Part shown: piece after piece, positions 1 through 8,756 of the stretch
Numbering within the stretch: the first letter of the stretch is position 1
Layout: each line of letters opens with the position of its first letter
Position numbers and translations under genes: made by a program
The notes under the pieces: generated by a model
Seen by the model: the letters and a program-made list of their open reading frames with translations, nothing else
The model's database searches: none
What the model was told of the DNA's origin: nothing
Source of the DNA: Octopus sinensis
Lineage: Eukaryota
DNA: 14,527 nt
NCBI RefSeq assembly: GCF_006345805.1
Contig: NW_021825760.1
Coordinates: 1-14,527 of the forward strand
Direction of reading: 5' to 3'

Positions 1-288
1 AAAAAAAAGTATGTATACACACCTGTATGTATACACACACATACAGATAACTTGTTCACATACACCACTTCATATTAACTCTGGTTTGTATGTATGGATA
101 AAAGAAACTAGGGCAAAGAGGAAGTGAGAGGGAGAAAGAGAAAGACAGACGGGAGACAACGAAGACGGAGTCGGGGTGAGATGGAAAGTGAGTGGTGGTG
201 AGTGTGATGCTGTCCTTGAAACCCCCTCCCCTATTCCTAACCATCTCACACTGCAAATATCTCTACCTTTGTTTACAACCTTTACGAA

Positions 289-430
289 CACCACCGCCAA
301 CATCACCGCAACCACCACCACTATCACCACTACAGCCACCACAACTACTAACAACAATACCAATGCGACAATTATCTTCAAATCATTATTATGATTGACT
401 CTCCATCATCACCACTTTCGCCATCACAAT
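289..430. repeat. degenerate (ACC/AAC/ATC)n low-complexity tract
   Basis: Runs such as accaccgccaacatcaccgcaaccaccacc. The tract continues on the far side of the SINE. Confidence 0.8.
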
Positions 431-460
431 CATCTCAAATTCATATACCATTACCTATAC

Positions 461-691
461 CTATTTCTTTATTACCCACAAGGGGCTAAACACAGAGGGG
501 ATAAACAAGGACAGACATAGGTATTAAGTCGATTACATCGACCCCAGTGCGTAACTGGTACCTAATTTATCGACCCCGAAAGGATGAAAGGCAAAGTCAA
601 CCTCGGCGGAATTTGAACTCACAACGTAACGACAGACGAGACACCACTAAGCATTTCGGCCGGCGTGCTCACGTTTCTGCCAGCTCGCCGC
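461..691 (-). mobile_element. tRNA-derived SINE, family A, full-length copy
   Basis: The minus strand reads GCGGCGAGCTGGCAGAAACG (A-box-like), then GAGTTCAAATTCCGCC (B-box), a central GCCTTTCATCCTTTCGGGGTCGATAAATT..GTACCAG, and a tail ending TAATAAAGAAATAG. It aligns end to end with 10796-11030 at roughly 90% identity by eye. Confidence 0.92.
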
Positions 692-1275
692 TTACAAAAC
701 TGCCATCAGTAACACCACCGTCACTACTGCTAAACCGTACAACAACCAATGCTACCACCATCACCTAATCACCACTTCGACACCCCGCTACCACCTCAAC
801 CTCTACCATCACGACAATCTCCGCCACCACCACGAATAGCGCCTCTACCGTGCCTTGATCTTTACTACCCCATGACATCACCAACAATACTTTTAAAGTC
901 GTCATACCATCACTACTGCTCCACTCCAGCGCCGCCACCACCGTCATGACAAATATCTCCAAAGGATCCACAATAACTTGCGCCACTACCACCATTGATA
1001 CCACAACCACCATCACCAGTAACACCATCGATACCAGTACCACCGTCGCCACACCACCACTACGACCACCTCGCCATCACCGTTATCACCACCACCACTA
1101 CCATCACCAACATCTCCGTATATGTGCACAACCACTAACGCCACCACCTCCACAACCAAACCATCGCCCGACCTCTACACCATTGCTCTCCACCGCCGAC
1201 GCATCTCCAGACCGCCCACCACCACCATAACAACAACAACAGCAATTCGGACACTACAGAACCACAACTATCACT
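692..1275. repeat. degenerate (ACC)n trinucleotide cryptic repeat
   Basis: C/A-rich 3-periodic sequence (caccaccactaccatcacc...). It produces the poly-T/P/H pseudo-ORFs. Confidence 0.85.
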
Positions 1276-2094
1276 GCTCTCTGTTACAACAATAGGCTCT
1301 AATAAATAGATCACAACTTGCGTAATGTTTTCTGTTTTTTTGTTGTATATTTTTGCGGAATTCTTTTTGCTGTGTCAGAAATATATAGATAAAAGATGAG
1401 TAATGTGTGTTTAGAGAGTGTATATGCAGACAACAGATGAGTAATGTATGTATACAGTGTATATATGAATGAATAGCATTAAATGGGGAAAAATACCCCC
1501 CAGGAGTGCGTTTTGTTCGCTAAATACATATCTTGAAGGGATTCACCTACATAATATACTGAGTTGAAAAAATTAAAATAAAACAGAAAAACTCTCCGTT
1601 CTATTAGATGTATTATCCTTGCAATTAGTAAAAAAAAATTCCCTCTATGAGAGTTTAAATTTTAAAAACAGAAAACAAGGGAACAAGTTCAATAGGTTAA
1701 CAAGTTAAAAATTTTGGGGCAATGATTTGACTAAAACCTGGATATGGAAGGGTTTCTCTATTCAATATTTCTCACCGGATCTAATATGTAATACCCCTTC
1801 TATGAAGTCCTCACACTTTGTGGTTTTTTGGGGTGTTTTTTTTTGAAGACTGAGAGGTTGGTTTATTAGAGACCCCTAAATTTTTTTTATACCTATTTGC
1901 TTTTTTTTTTACGAGGAGGTATCAAGGATATCGTGCCTTGCTTCGGTGGAGAATTTAATATGAAACATTTGTCCAAATATAAGGTAGCTAGGTGTGGTCC
2001 CTGATTGTTAAAGCCGGCTGATGAAAGTAACAGTAATGTTTCTAACTTATTAGACCTCATCAGCAGAATACAAGGTGTTGCACACATACATACA

Positions 2095-2418
2095 TTTTTT
2101 TTTTACTTGTTTCTGTCATTAGACAGCGGCCATGCTGTCGAATGAATCGACCCCTGTACTTATTTGCATAAACTCAATACTTATTCTATCGGTTTCTTTT
2201 GTCGAACTGCAAATTTACAGTGATGTTAACAGACCAACACCGGTTATTAAGCGGGGGTGGGGGACTAACACAGACACAAAGACACACACATACACGACGA
2301 GCTTCTTTCAGTTTCAATGTCCTAGATCCACTGACTAGGCTCTGGTCGACCCGTGGCTATAGAAGAGGACTTTTATCAAAAGTGCTGCGCAGTGGGACTG
2401 AACTCGAAAACACGTGAC
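2095..2418 (-). mobile_element. tRNA-derived SINE, family B, 5'-truncated near the B-box
   Basis: Shares blocks with 3958-4400 and 5806-6258: GCGGCCATGCTG, AATCGACC, ACTTATTCTATCG, an internal (CA)n, GCTTCTTTCAGTTTC and GGCTATAG..GA. Minus-strand B-box GAGTTCAGTCCC at 2394-2405. Confidence 0.85.
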
Positions 2419-2420
2419 AG

Positions 2421-2421
2421 C

Positions 2422-2463
<42 letters not shown>

Positions 2464-2590
2464 TGTACGCACACATATGTATACACACACACACATATAT
2501 ATATACACACATACACACACAGATACACACACACATATATATATATATACACATACACCCATATATTAACACACAAACATATATATATAC

Positions 2591-2621
<31 letters not shown>

Positions 2622-2830
2622 CGCACATACATATATATATATATACGCACACACATATATATACACATATATATACATATATATATATATATACACACAC
2701 ATACACTCATATATATATATATATACACGTACACACATACGCGTATATGTATATATATATATACATAGACACACACATATATATGTATGAGTGTGTGTGT
2801 TGTTTGTACATGTGTGTGTGTGAATATATA
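2421..2830. repeat. compound (TA)n/(TG)n/(CA)n microsatellite
   Basis: Directly visible alternating purine-pyrimidine runs. Confidence 0.95.
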
Positions 2831-2896
2831 GTTATGTAGGTTAGTAATACAATTCTCAACAACGACAACAACAATAATCAAGAGCAACGGCAATAA

Positions 2897-3078
2897 AACT
2901 GAGTGGTCGCATGTAAGGCAAGAAATAGCAGTCTATCTCCCTCAAAGTGATGCTTTAAGGTCTTAAATAAACGAAAAACATTTGCATTGTAGTGCTTGTT
3001 TTTACAAAATAAATAGACTGTGTTGTCACGGGTGGAAAGCCTTCGCTCCATCGCAACGGAACTGAGACTAAACAACAA
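2897..3078 (+). mobile_element. retroposon 3'-end fragment (family D), ending in an (AAC)n-like tail
   Basis: GTGGTC..AGAAATAGCAG..CCCTCAAA and GTCACGGGTGGAA blocks recur at 12434-12570 (+) and inverted at 13419-13665. The copy ends CTAAACAACAA. Confidence 0.55.
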
Positions 3079-3109
3079 GGGCAACGATAGCAGTTCTTTT
3101 GCCAACGCT

Positions 3110-3500
3110 GTCATCAACATGATTAACGTAATTATCATCATCATCATTCAACATATTTCTCGACATCACCTTCATCATCATCATCATAATCATCATCATC
3201 GTCATCGTCATCATCATCAACATATATATCGACATCACTTTCATAAACATCATCATCATCATCACCGTCGTCACAACCATTATCATCATAATCGTTATCA
3301 ACATGATTAACATAACTATTATAATCACCACCATCATCCTTACTATCATTATCAACACCACGCTCATCACCATCATCATCATCATCATCATCAACATCAT
3401 CATCGTCTTTGTCGTCGTCGTCGTCATCATCACCAACATAACGTATCGACAACATCACATTCTCGTCATCGTTACTATTATCTCATCAGCATCATCATCA
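3110..3500. repeat. degenerate (CAT)n/(CGT)n trinucleotide repeat
   Basis: catcatcat runs. These are the source of the poly-H/D/M/I pseudo-ORFs. Confidence 0.95.
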
Positions 3501-3507
3501 CCCGTTC

Positions 3508-3547
<40 letters not shown>

Positions 3548-3573
3548 TAGTAGTAGTAGTAGTAGTAGTAGTA
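3508..3573. repeat. (TAG)n microsatellite
   Basis: Near-perfect tagtagtag run with a single 1-nt phase shift. Confidence 0.97.
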
Positions 3574-3829
3574 AGTGGCGCCCTCTCCTGCCTCAGGTAG
3601 ACGAACAGACCGAAATCCATTCAACTTCAACACAACAGCTACAGCGTAACAAATGCCGGCATCACCACCACCAGCAGCGCCACCGTGCGACAGACACGCT
3701 GACTTATTAACACGGATTCATGCTCATTGGCTGAGCTTTGATGGTGGGTCTGAGATGCTGAATGGGTGAGGCAGGTGTGTCTAAGGTGTGTCTGATGATC
3801 CCGGATACCTGGGTATATGAAGGGGTCTA

Positions 3830-3896
3830 TGTGTGTGTGTGTCTGTGCGTCTGCGTACATGTATTTGTGTTTATGCTTGCGTACAACTACACTCAG

Positions 3897-3942
<46 letters not shown>

Positions 3943-3956
3943 CAACACGTGTGTGT
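3830..3956. repeat. (TG)n/(CA)n microsatellite
   Basis: Perfect (AC)20 at 3901-3940 with a degenerate TG flank. Confidence 0.95.
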
Positions 3957-3957
3957 A

Positions 3958-4400
3958 TTTTTTATCTTTGACTTGCTTTAGTCAGCGGCCATGCTGGGGC
4001 ACCGCTTTGAAGAACTTGTTCTTTGTCCAGCGAATCGACCTCAGTTTCTTTTTCTTTTTGCTTTTCTTTTTGGTTTGTTAAGCCTTTGCACATCCGTCTA
4101 GCTTTGCGAACTGCTAAGTTATTGGGATGTAAATAACAAAACCAGTTGACGAACAGTGAGGTGGTGTGGTGGCAAACACAGATAACACGCACGCACACAC
4201 ACACATACACAAACACACATACATATATATATATATATACGATGGGCTTCTTTCAGTTTCCATCTACTAAAACCACTCACAAGGCTTTGATCGGCCCGAG
4301 GCTATAGCAGAAGACACTTGGCCAATGTGCCACGCAGTGAGACTGAACCCAGAACGATGTGATTGGGAGGCAAAAATCTTAACTCTCACCATACAACCGT
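3958..4400 (-). mobile_element. tRNA-derived SINE, family B, near full-length, with internal (CA)/(TA) microsatellite
   Basis: Minus-strand head with B-box GGGTTCAGTCTC (4339-4350), followed by a CORE-like GTGGCACATTGGCCAAGTGTCTTCT. Homologous to 2095-2418 and 5806-6258. Confidence 0.88.
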
Positions 4401-4403
4401 ATA

Positions 4404-4411
4404 ACACACAC

Positions 4412-4461
<50 letters not shown>

Positions 4462-4492
4462 CACACGCACACACACATACACACACACATAT
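4404..4492. repeat. (CA)n microsatellite
   Basis: Directly visible. Confidence 0.95.
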
Positions 4493-4495
4493 ACT

Positions 4496-4707
4496 CTTTT
4501 TCTCTTTTACACATTTAAGTCAACTTTTTGCAGCCATGCTGGAGCAGCAGTTTTAGTGAAGTGACCGGCCCCAGCACTTATTCTTTGTAAGCCTAATAAT
4601 TATTTTATCGATCTCTATTGCCAAAACGCTAACTGGGGACATAAACGCATAAACACCGGTGTGTCAAACGATGGTGGGGACAAACAAAGACGCAGGACAC
4701 CACACAT
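4496..4707 (-). mobile_element. SINE family B, 3' half only
   Basis: GCAGCCATGCTGGAGCA, CCCCAGCACTTATT, AACACCGGT and GGTGGGGACAAAC match the other family-B copies. The copy ends at the internal microsatellite and has no head. Confidence 0.8.
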
Positions 4708-4711
4708 AAAC

Positions 4712-4853
4712 AATATATATATATGTTATAATATATATATATATTATATATATATACCATATGCAAATATACGTTTATACATGCATAGATGGTTACATAC
4801 ATGCATATACGCATATACACAGACATACGTGTATTATATATATATATATATAT
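4712..4853. repeat. degenerate (TA)n microsatellite
   Basis: Directly visible. Confidence 0.9.
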
Positions 4854-4895
4854 AATTTCAACAATTGAGGTTCCCAAATCCGATTCAAGGAATTC

Positions 4896-4947
4896 TGAGC
4901 TGAAGAAAGAAATGTCGAATTGACTAATCTAGAAACGTACGTTCTCA
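4896..4947 (+). ncRNA. candidate minimal type I hammerhead ribozyme (Penelope/retrozyme type)
   Basis: The sequence reads TGAG-CTGAAGA-[stem II region]-GAAAC-GTAC-GTT-CTCA. The CUGANGA and GAAA core motifs are intact, stem I is TGAG/CTCA, stem III is the palindrome AACGTACGTT, and the NUH site is GUU. Stem II is imperfect, with an A-A closing mismatch. Confidence 0.65.
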
Positions 4948-5041
4948 AATAACCTTTGCACTTGATTTTTTAATGTTTTTTCCCCCATACTTTTGTGAGT
5001 TAGTTTAGACAAACACTATCTGAGAGAGATCTTCTTTAAGT

Positions 5042-5084
5042 ATTAGAAATAGCTGAAGAAATTTCTTTAGCTGCTATTTCTAAT
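5042..5084. repeat. 43-bp imperfect palindrome
   Basis: ATTAGAAATAGC (5042-5053) and GCTATTTCTAAT (5073-5084) are perfect 12-bp arms enclosing TGAAGAAA/TTTCTTTA. Confidence 0.85.
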
Positions 5085-5183
5085 GAGTTCAGTATGTGGC
5101 AAAGTAATTTATTTTACTAAGCCCTTTTATATAATGTTATATATATATATATATATATATATAGTACATACATACATATATAT

Positions 5184-5401
5184 GACAATTAATTGGTTTT
5201 CATAATAAAACTCCGAGTTTCGGATGCCGGGGCTGAAGTCTGCTTCGGCATCTCGTTTGTCTCAATAACTAATGAAATGCCGAAGCAAACTTCAGCCCCG
5301 TCATCCGAGTTTTATTATGACAACATTGTCACTTATTATATTTATAGATAAATTCCTCTGTCTTACATAGTATCGAGGTCTCATTCATTCTTTCGTTGTC
5401 A
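5184..5401. mobile_element. short Penelope-like terminal-repeat relic containing a foldback (5184-5330) of two degenerate hammerhead motifs, bounded by (TA)n
   Basis: Arms 5200-5260 and 5268-5320 are reverse complements apart from an 8-nt indel and about 5 mismatches. GACAAT/ATTGTC closes the outer ends. The inverted repeat is certain; the Penelope assignment is inferred from the hammerhead architecture. Confidence 0.6.
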
Positions 5402-5539
5402 TATTATATATATATATATATATATACATGCATTAATGTAAACGCACACACAGACACATACTCACATTCACATACATTGTATATTGTGTAACCATCTTAT
5501 AACATAACGTTACGGTTTTGCATCAAAGCGAGTGTCTAT

Positions 5540-5632
5540 GTTTGGGTGTATGTTTGGGTGTATGTACTCGTGTGCACGTGTGTGTGTGTGCCTGTGTGCA
5601 TGTGTGTGTGCGCGCGTGCATCTGCGTATATG
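5540..5632. repeat. degenerate (TG)n with a TATGTTTGGGTG x2 duplication
   Basis: Directly visible. Confidence 0.85.
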
Positions 5633-5651
5633 CTTTCCAGTTGCTCTGTTT

Positions 5652-5795
5652 GTATAGGCATGATCGAGTAGTTATGAAATTTCCCTCCCGATCCTGAGTT
5701 CTTGAGTTCGATCCCGGACCCTTGCATTTTGAGCCAGACTGACCGCTGCCTTGTGGGTGAATATGGACAGGCGGGAGTTTTGGGGAGCCCTTCGT
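5652..5795 (+). mobile_element. degenerate SINE head, family B-like
   Basis: B-box GAGTTCGATCCC at 5704-5715. GCCTTGTGGGTGAATATGGACAGGCGG..GAGCCCTTCGT resembles the reverse complement of 4239-4286. Confidence 0.6.
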
Positions 5796-5805
5796 TCCCA
5801 ACTTC

Positions 5806-6054
5806 ATCTTTTATCTCATATTTATTTTAGTCACTGAGCCGCAGACCATGCTGGAGCAACGCCTTAATCTACCTCTCTACTTATTCTTTTAAAAGTTTGG
5901 TACTCATTCTATCGTACGCTTTTGCCTGAACCGCAAAGTTAACAGAACATAACCAAACCAACACCGCTCGTGGAGCGGTGCATTGGAGAGAACAAACACC
6001 GCAAATACAAAGACACACACATATATACATACATGCATATATATATATATATGC

Positions 6055-6090
<36 letters not shown>

Positions 6091-6258
6091 CATTTCCATA
6101 CACATATACGACAGGCTTCCACACAGTTTCCGCGCACAAGATCCAATCACAAGGCTTCGGTCTACCCTGGGCTATAGTGGAAGGCACATCCCCAAGGTGC
6201 CACACCGAAGGACTGACCCCGAAACCACATGGTATCTAAGCGAGCCACGCTGCACCTG
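5806..6258 (-). mobile_element. SINE family B, diverged, near full-length, with internal (TA)n expansion
   Basis: CCATGCTGGAGCA, GGTACTCATTCTATCG, CACAAGGCTT, GGCTATAGTGGAAG, CCCAAGGTGCCAC and GGACTGACCCCGAAACCAC occur in the same order as in 3958-4400. Confidence 0.85.
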
Positions 6259-6398
6259 AAAATTACGCTAAATGTACACGCGTTCGCGGTAAACTTAGCC
6301 ACATTCACAATAATCTAAAGAGTAGATAGTCTTCTTGATCGACACGCATGTAAAAGCTCACCGTCGACAGCGACGGAAGATCTTTTGCTTCGATACCT

Positions 6399-6700
6399 GA
6401 GTGTATGTGTATGTATGATCGCATGTCTATGTTTTCTATGCATTTACATATATGTTTACGTACGTGACAGAGCGTGTATGTATGCGCGTATATGTGTGTG
6501 TGTATGTATGTGTGCGCATGTGTGTGTGCATGTGTGTGTATGCGTGTGTGTGTGTGAGTGTGTGACTTTACGAATGCATACATGGTTTCGTATTTGTTTA
6601 TGTGAAAGTATGAGTACGATACGCGCGCGCACCCGTGTGTGTATGTATGAGCACCTGTGCGTGTGTTCGTAGGTGTGTGAGTGCGTGTATGAGTGCGTGT

Positions 6701-6735
<35 letters not shown>

Positions 6736-6851
6736 TATGTGTACGTACAAATGTGAGTGCATGTGTATATGTAGACCTGTGTGTTTATATTTGTATATAT
6801 TGTGTATATGTATGCGTGTGTGTGTCTACGTGTTATGTGTATGTGAATTAG

Positions 6852-6896
<45 letters not shown>

Positions 6897-7082
6897 GTGT
6901 GTGTGTGTGTGTGTGTTAGTCGGTATCTGCGTGTGTGGATTGTCAATATAATGTGTATGTACAAGTGTGTATATATGTGTTTACATGTGTGCGCGTATGT
7001 ATGATTATGTGATTTTATCTACATGTATGTGTGTGATGTGTATGTGCGTATATATATACATATATATACAAGTATGCATTTG

Positions 7083-7114
<32 letters not shown>

Positions 7115-7220
7115 GGTAGGTAGGTAGGTAGGTAGGTAGTATTTGCATGTGTGTGTGTGTATGTGTGTGTGTGTGCACATGCCTGATTATGCGTGTATGT
7201 ATGTATATGTGTACGTATGT
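6399..7220. repeat. compound microsatellite field: (TG)n, (GA)n 6703-6731, (TA)n 6856-6891, (TATG)n/(TAGG)n 7085-7139
   Basis: Directly visible. Confidence 0.92.
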
Positions 7221-7224
7221 TCAA

Positions 7225-7600
7225 GACCCAAGCGTTTAAGAAGGTAGCCTTGCAATCATGAAATCGCGGGTTCGATTCCATTGCATGGCATATTAAGTAA
7301 TTACGTTTTATCATATCCCCGGAGGTCATCCATATCTGGTGAATTCAATCGGGGAAACGGAAACTATGTAGAATCCCACTGAACGGGCACCACATAAAAA
7401 TGTAGACGTCCACTTTCGTCTCACTCCGTGTCACGCTGATTCGACCTGAGCATTACGCAAAGAATACACGTGGTTACGGTGTACTCAGCCACTTATGCAA
7501 TAGTCATTAAAAATAATCAATAAGTTCTCTGTGTCAGTTGGATAACTGAAGAGGGGCCATAAATAGTCATAAGTAAATAGTCATCGTCGTAAGAGGTGGA
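7225..7600 (+). mobile_element. old tRNA-derived SINE with a family-B-like head and a different 3' tail
   Basis: B-box GGTTCGATTCC at 7269-7279. ACGGAAACTATGTAGAATCCC resembles the family-B ATGGAAACTGAAAGAAGCCC block. The downstream sequence (CCGTGTCACGCTGA...) differs from the family-B tails, and the 3' boundary is uncertain. Confidence 0.6.
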
Positions 7601-7649
7601 GGATCCAGTTACGTACATGTGTATTTTCAAGTCTCTGTCTATCTACTAA

Positions 7650-8221
7650 ATGTGTATGCGCGTGTGTATTTGTACTTATGTACCTATGTGCGTGTGTGCG
7701 TGTGTGTGTGTGTGTGTGTGTCTGTTTGTGTTAGTACGTATGTGAATGTGTGCTTTATGTATATGTCTGTGTATGTCAATGTATATTTATATATACATAT
7801 ACACACACACACACACACATATGCATATATGTATAAATAATTGTAAGTATATTTGTGTGTTTGTGTGTGTGTATACATTTATACATACTTACATACATAC
7901 ATATATATTCCTGTGTATGCGTATATGCGATATATATATATACATACAGGAGCCATACGGAAAAATAAGCGTGTGAGCATATGCATATACACACACTCAC
8001 GCATGCACGCACACACACATATACCGATACATACACACACGCACAAATATGCACACACACACACAAACATATATATATGCATGTGTATATGAATGAATAC
8101 ACACTCACATAAAAAAGAGACCCACACATACATAAGTACAGAAGTGAATATATGTATATATATTCGTGTGTGTGAGTGTGTGTATGTGTGAGTGAGTGTG
8201 TGTGTGTGTGTGTCTGTGCGT

Positions 8222-8255
<34 letters not shown>

Positions 8256-8445
8256 TTGTGTGTGTGTGTAAGTGAGTGTGTGTATGTGTGTGTGTGTGAG
8301 TGTGGGTGTATGTGTGAGTGTGTGTGTGTGTATGTGTGTATGTGTGTGTGTGTGTGTAGTTGTGTGTGTGTGTGTGTGTGGTGTGTGTGTGTGTGCGTGC
8401 GTTGTTTGTGTGTTGAGGCACACAAACAGACAGACAGAGAGAGAT
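7650..8445. repeat. compound (TG)n/(CA)n/(TA)n microsatellite field
   Basis: Directly visible. Confidence 0.95.
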
Positions 8446-8647
8446 GGTTAAGTTACGTAAGTTCACCGAAGAAAAAGCAAGTTTCATTTTAGTTTTGCTG
8501 ATTGGCAATTTGTAGAGTTCAATCACTGCTGAGTTGGCAAATTGGCAAATTGCTGGATTGGCAGATTTTTATGATAACTTGCAAGTTATATATATATGTA
8601 TATAAAACAACAACTAACTGCAGTAGAAGACTGCCGGTGGCGACTTT

Positions 8648-8744
8648 GATGAAGATGATGATGATGATGGTGGCGGTGGTGGTGGTGGTGGTGGTGGTGG
8701 TGGTGGTGGTGGTGGTGGTGGTGGTGGTGGTGGTGGCGGTGGTG
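8648..8744. repeat. (GAT)n followed by (GGT)n microsatellite
   Basis: About 25 GGT units with two GGC variants. Confidence 0.97.
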
Positions 8745-8756
8745 AGCTGAATGGCA

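Noticed and set aside
547-768. Repeated peptide RNWYLIYRPRKDERQS (also in 10740-10943 and 11311-11622)
   Set aside because: It is the antisense translation of SINE family A. It recurs because the SINE does, not because it is a gene family.
1394-1465. Direct repeat AGATGAGTAATGT..AGTGTATAT x2
   Set aside because: A local ~41-bp tandem duplication in low-complexity DNA with no evidence of function. It does not bracket an element as a TSD.
3792-3825. CTGATGA followed by the hairpin CCCGG-ATAC-CTGGG
   Set aside because: There is no GAAA immediately after the stem and no stem I or III, so it is not a hammerhead.
8668-8744. (GGT)n as a telomeric repeat or G-quadruplex element
   Set aside because: It is not TTAGGG, and it has only two-G runs. 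It is an ordinary microsatellite in this context.
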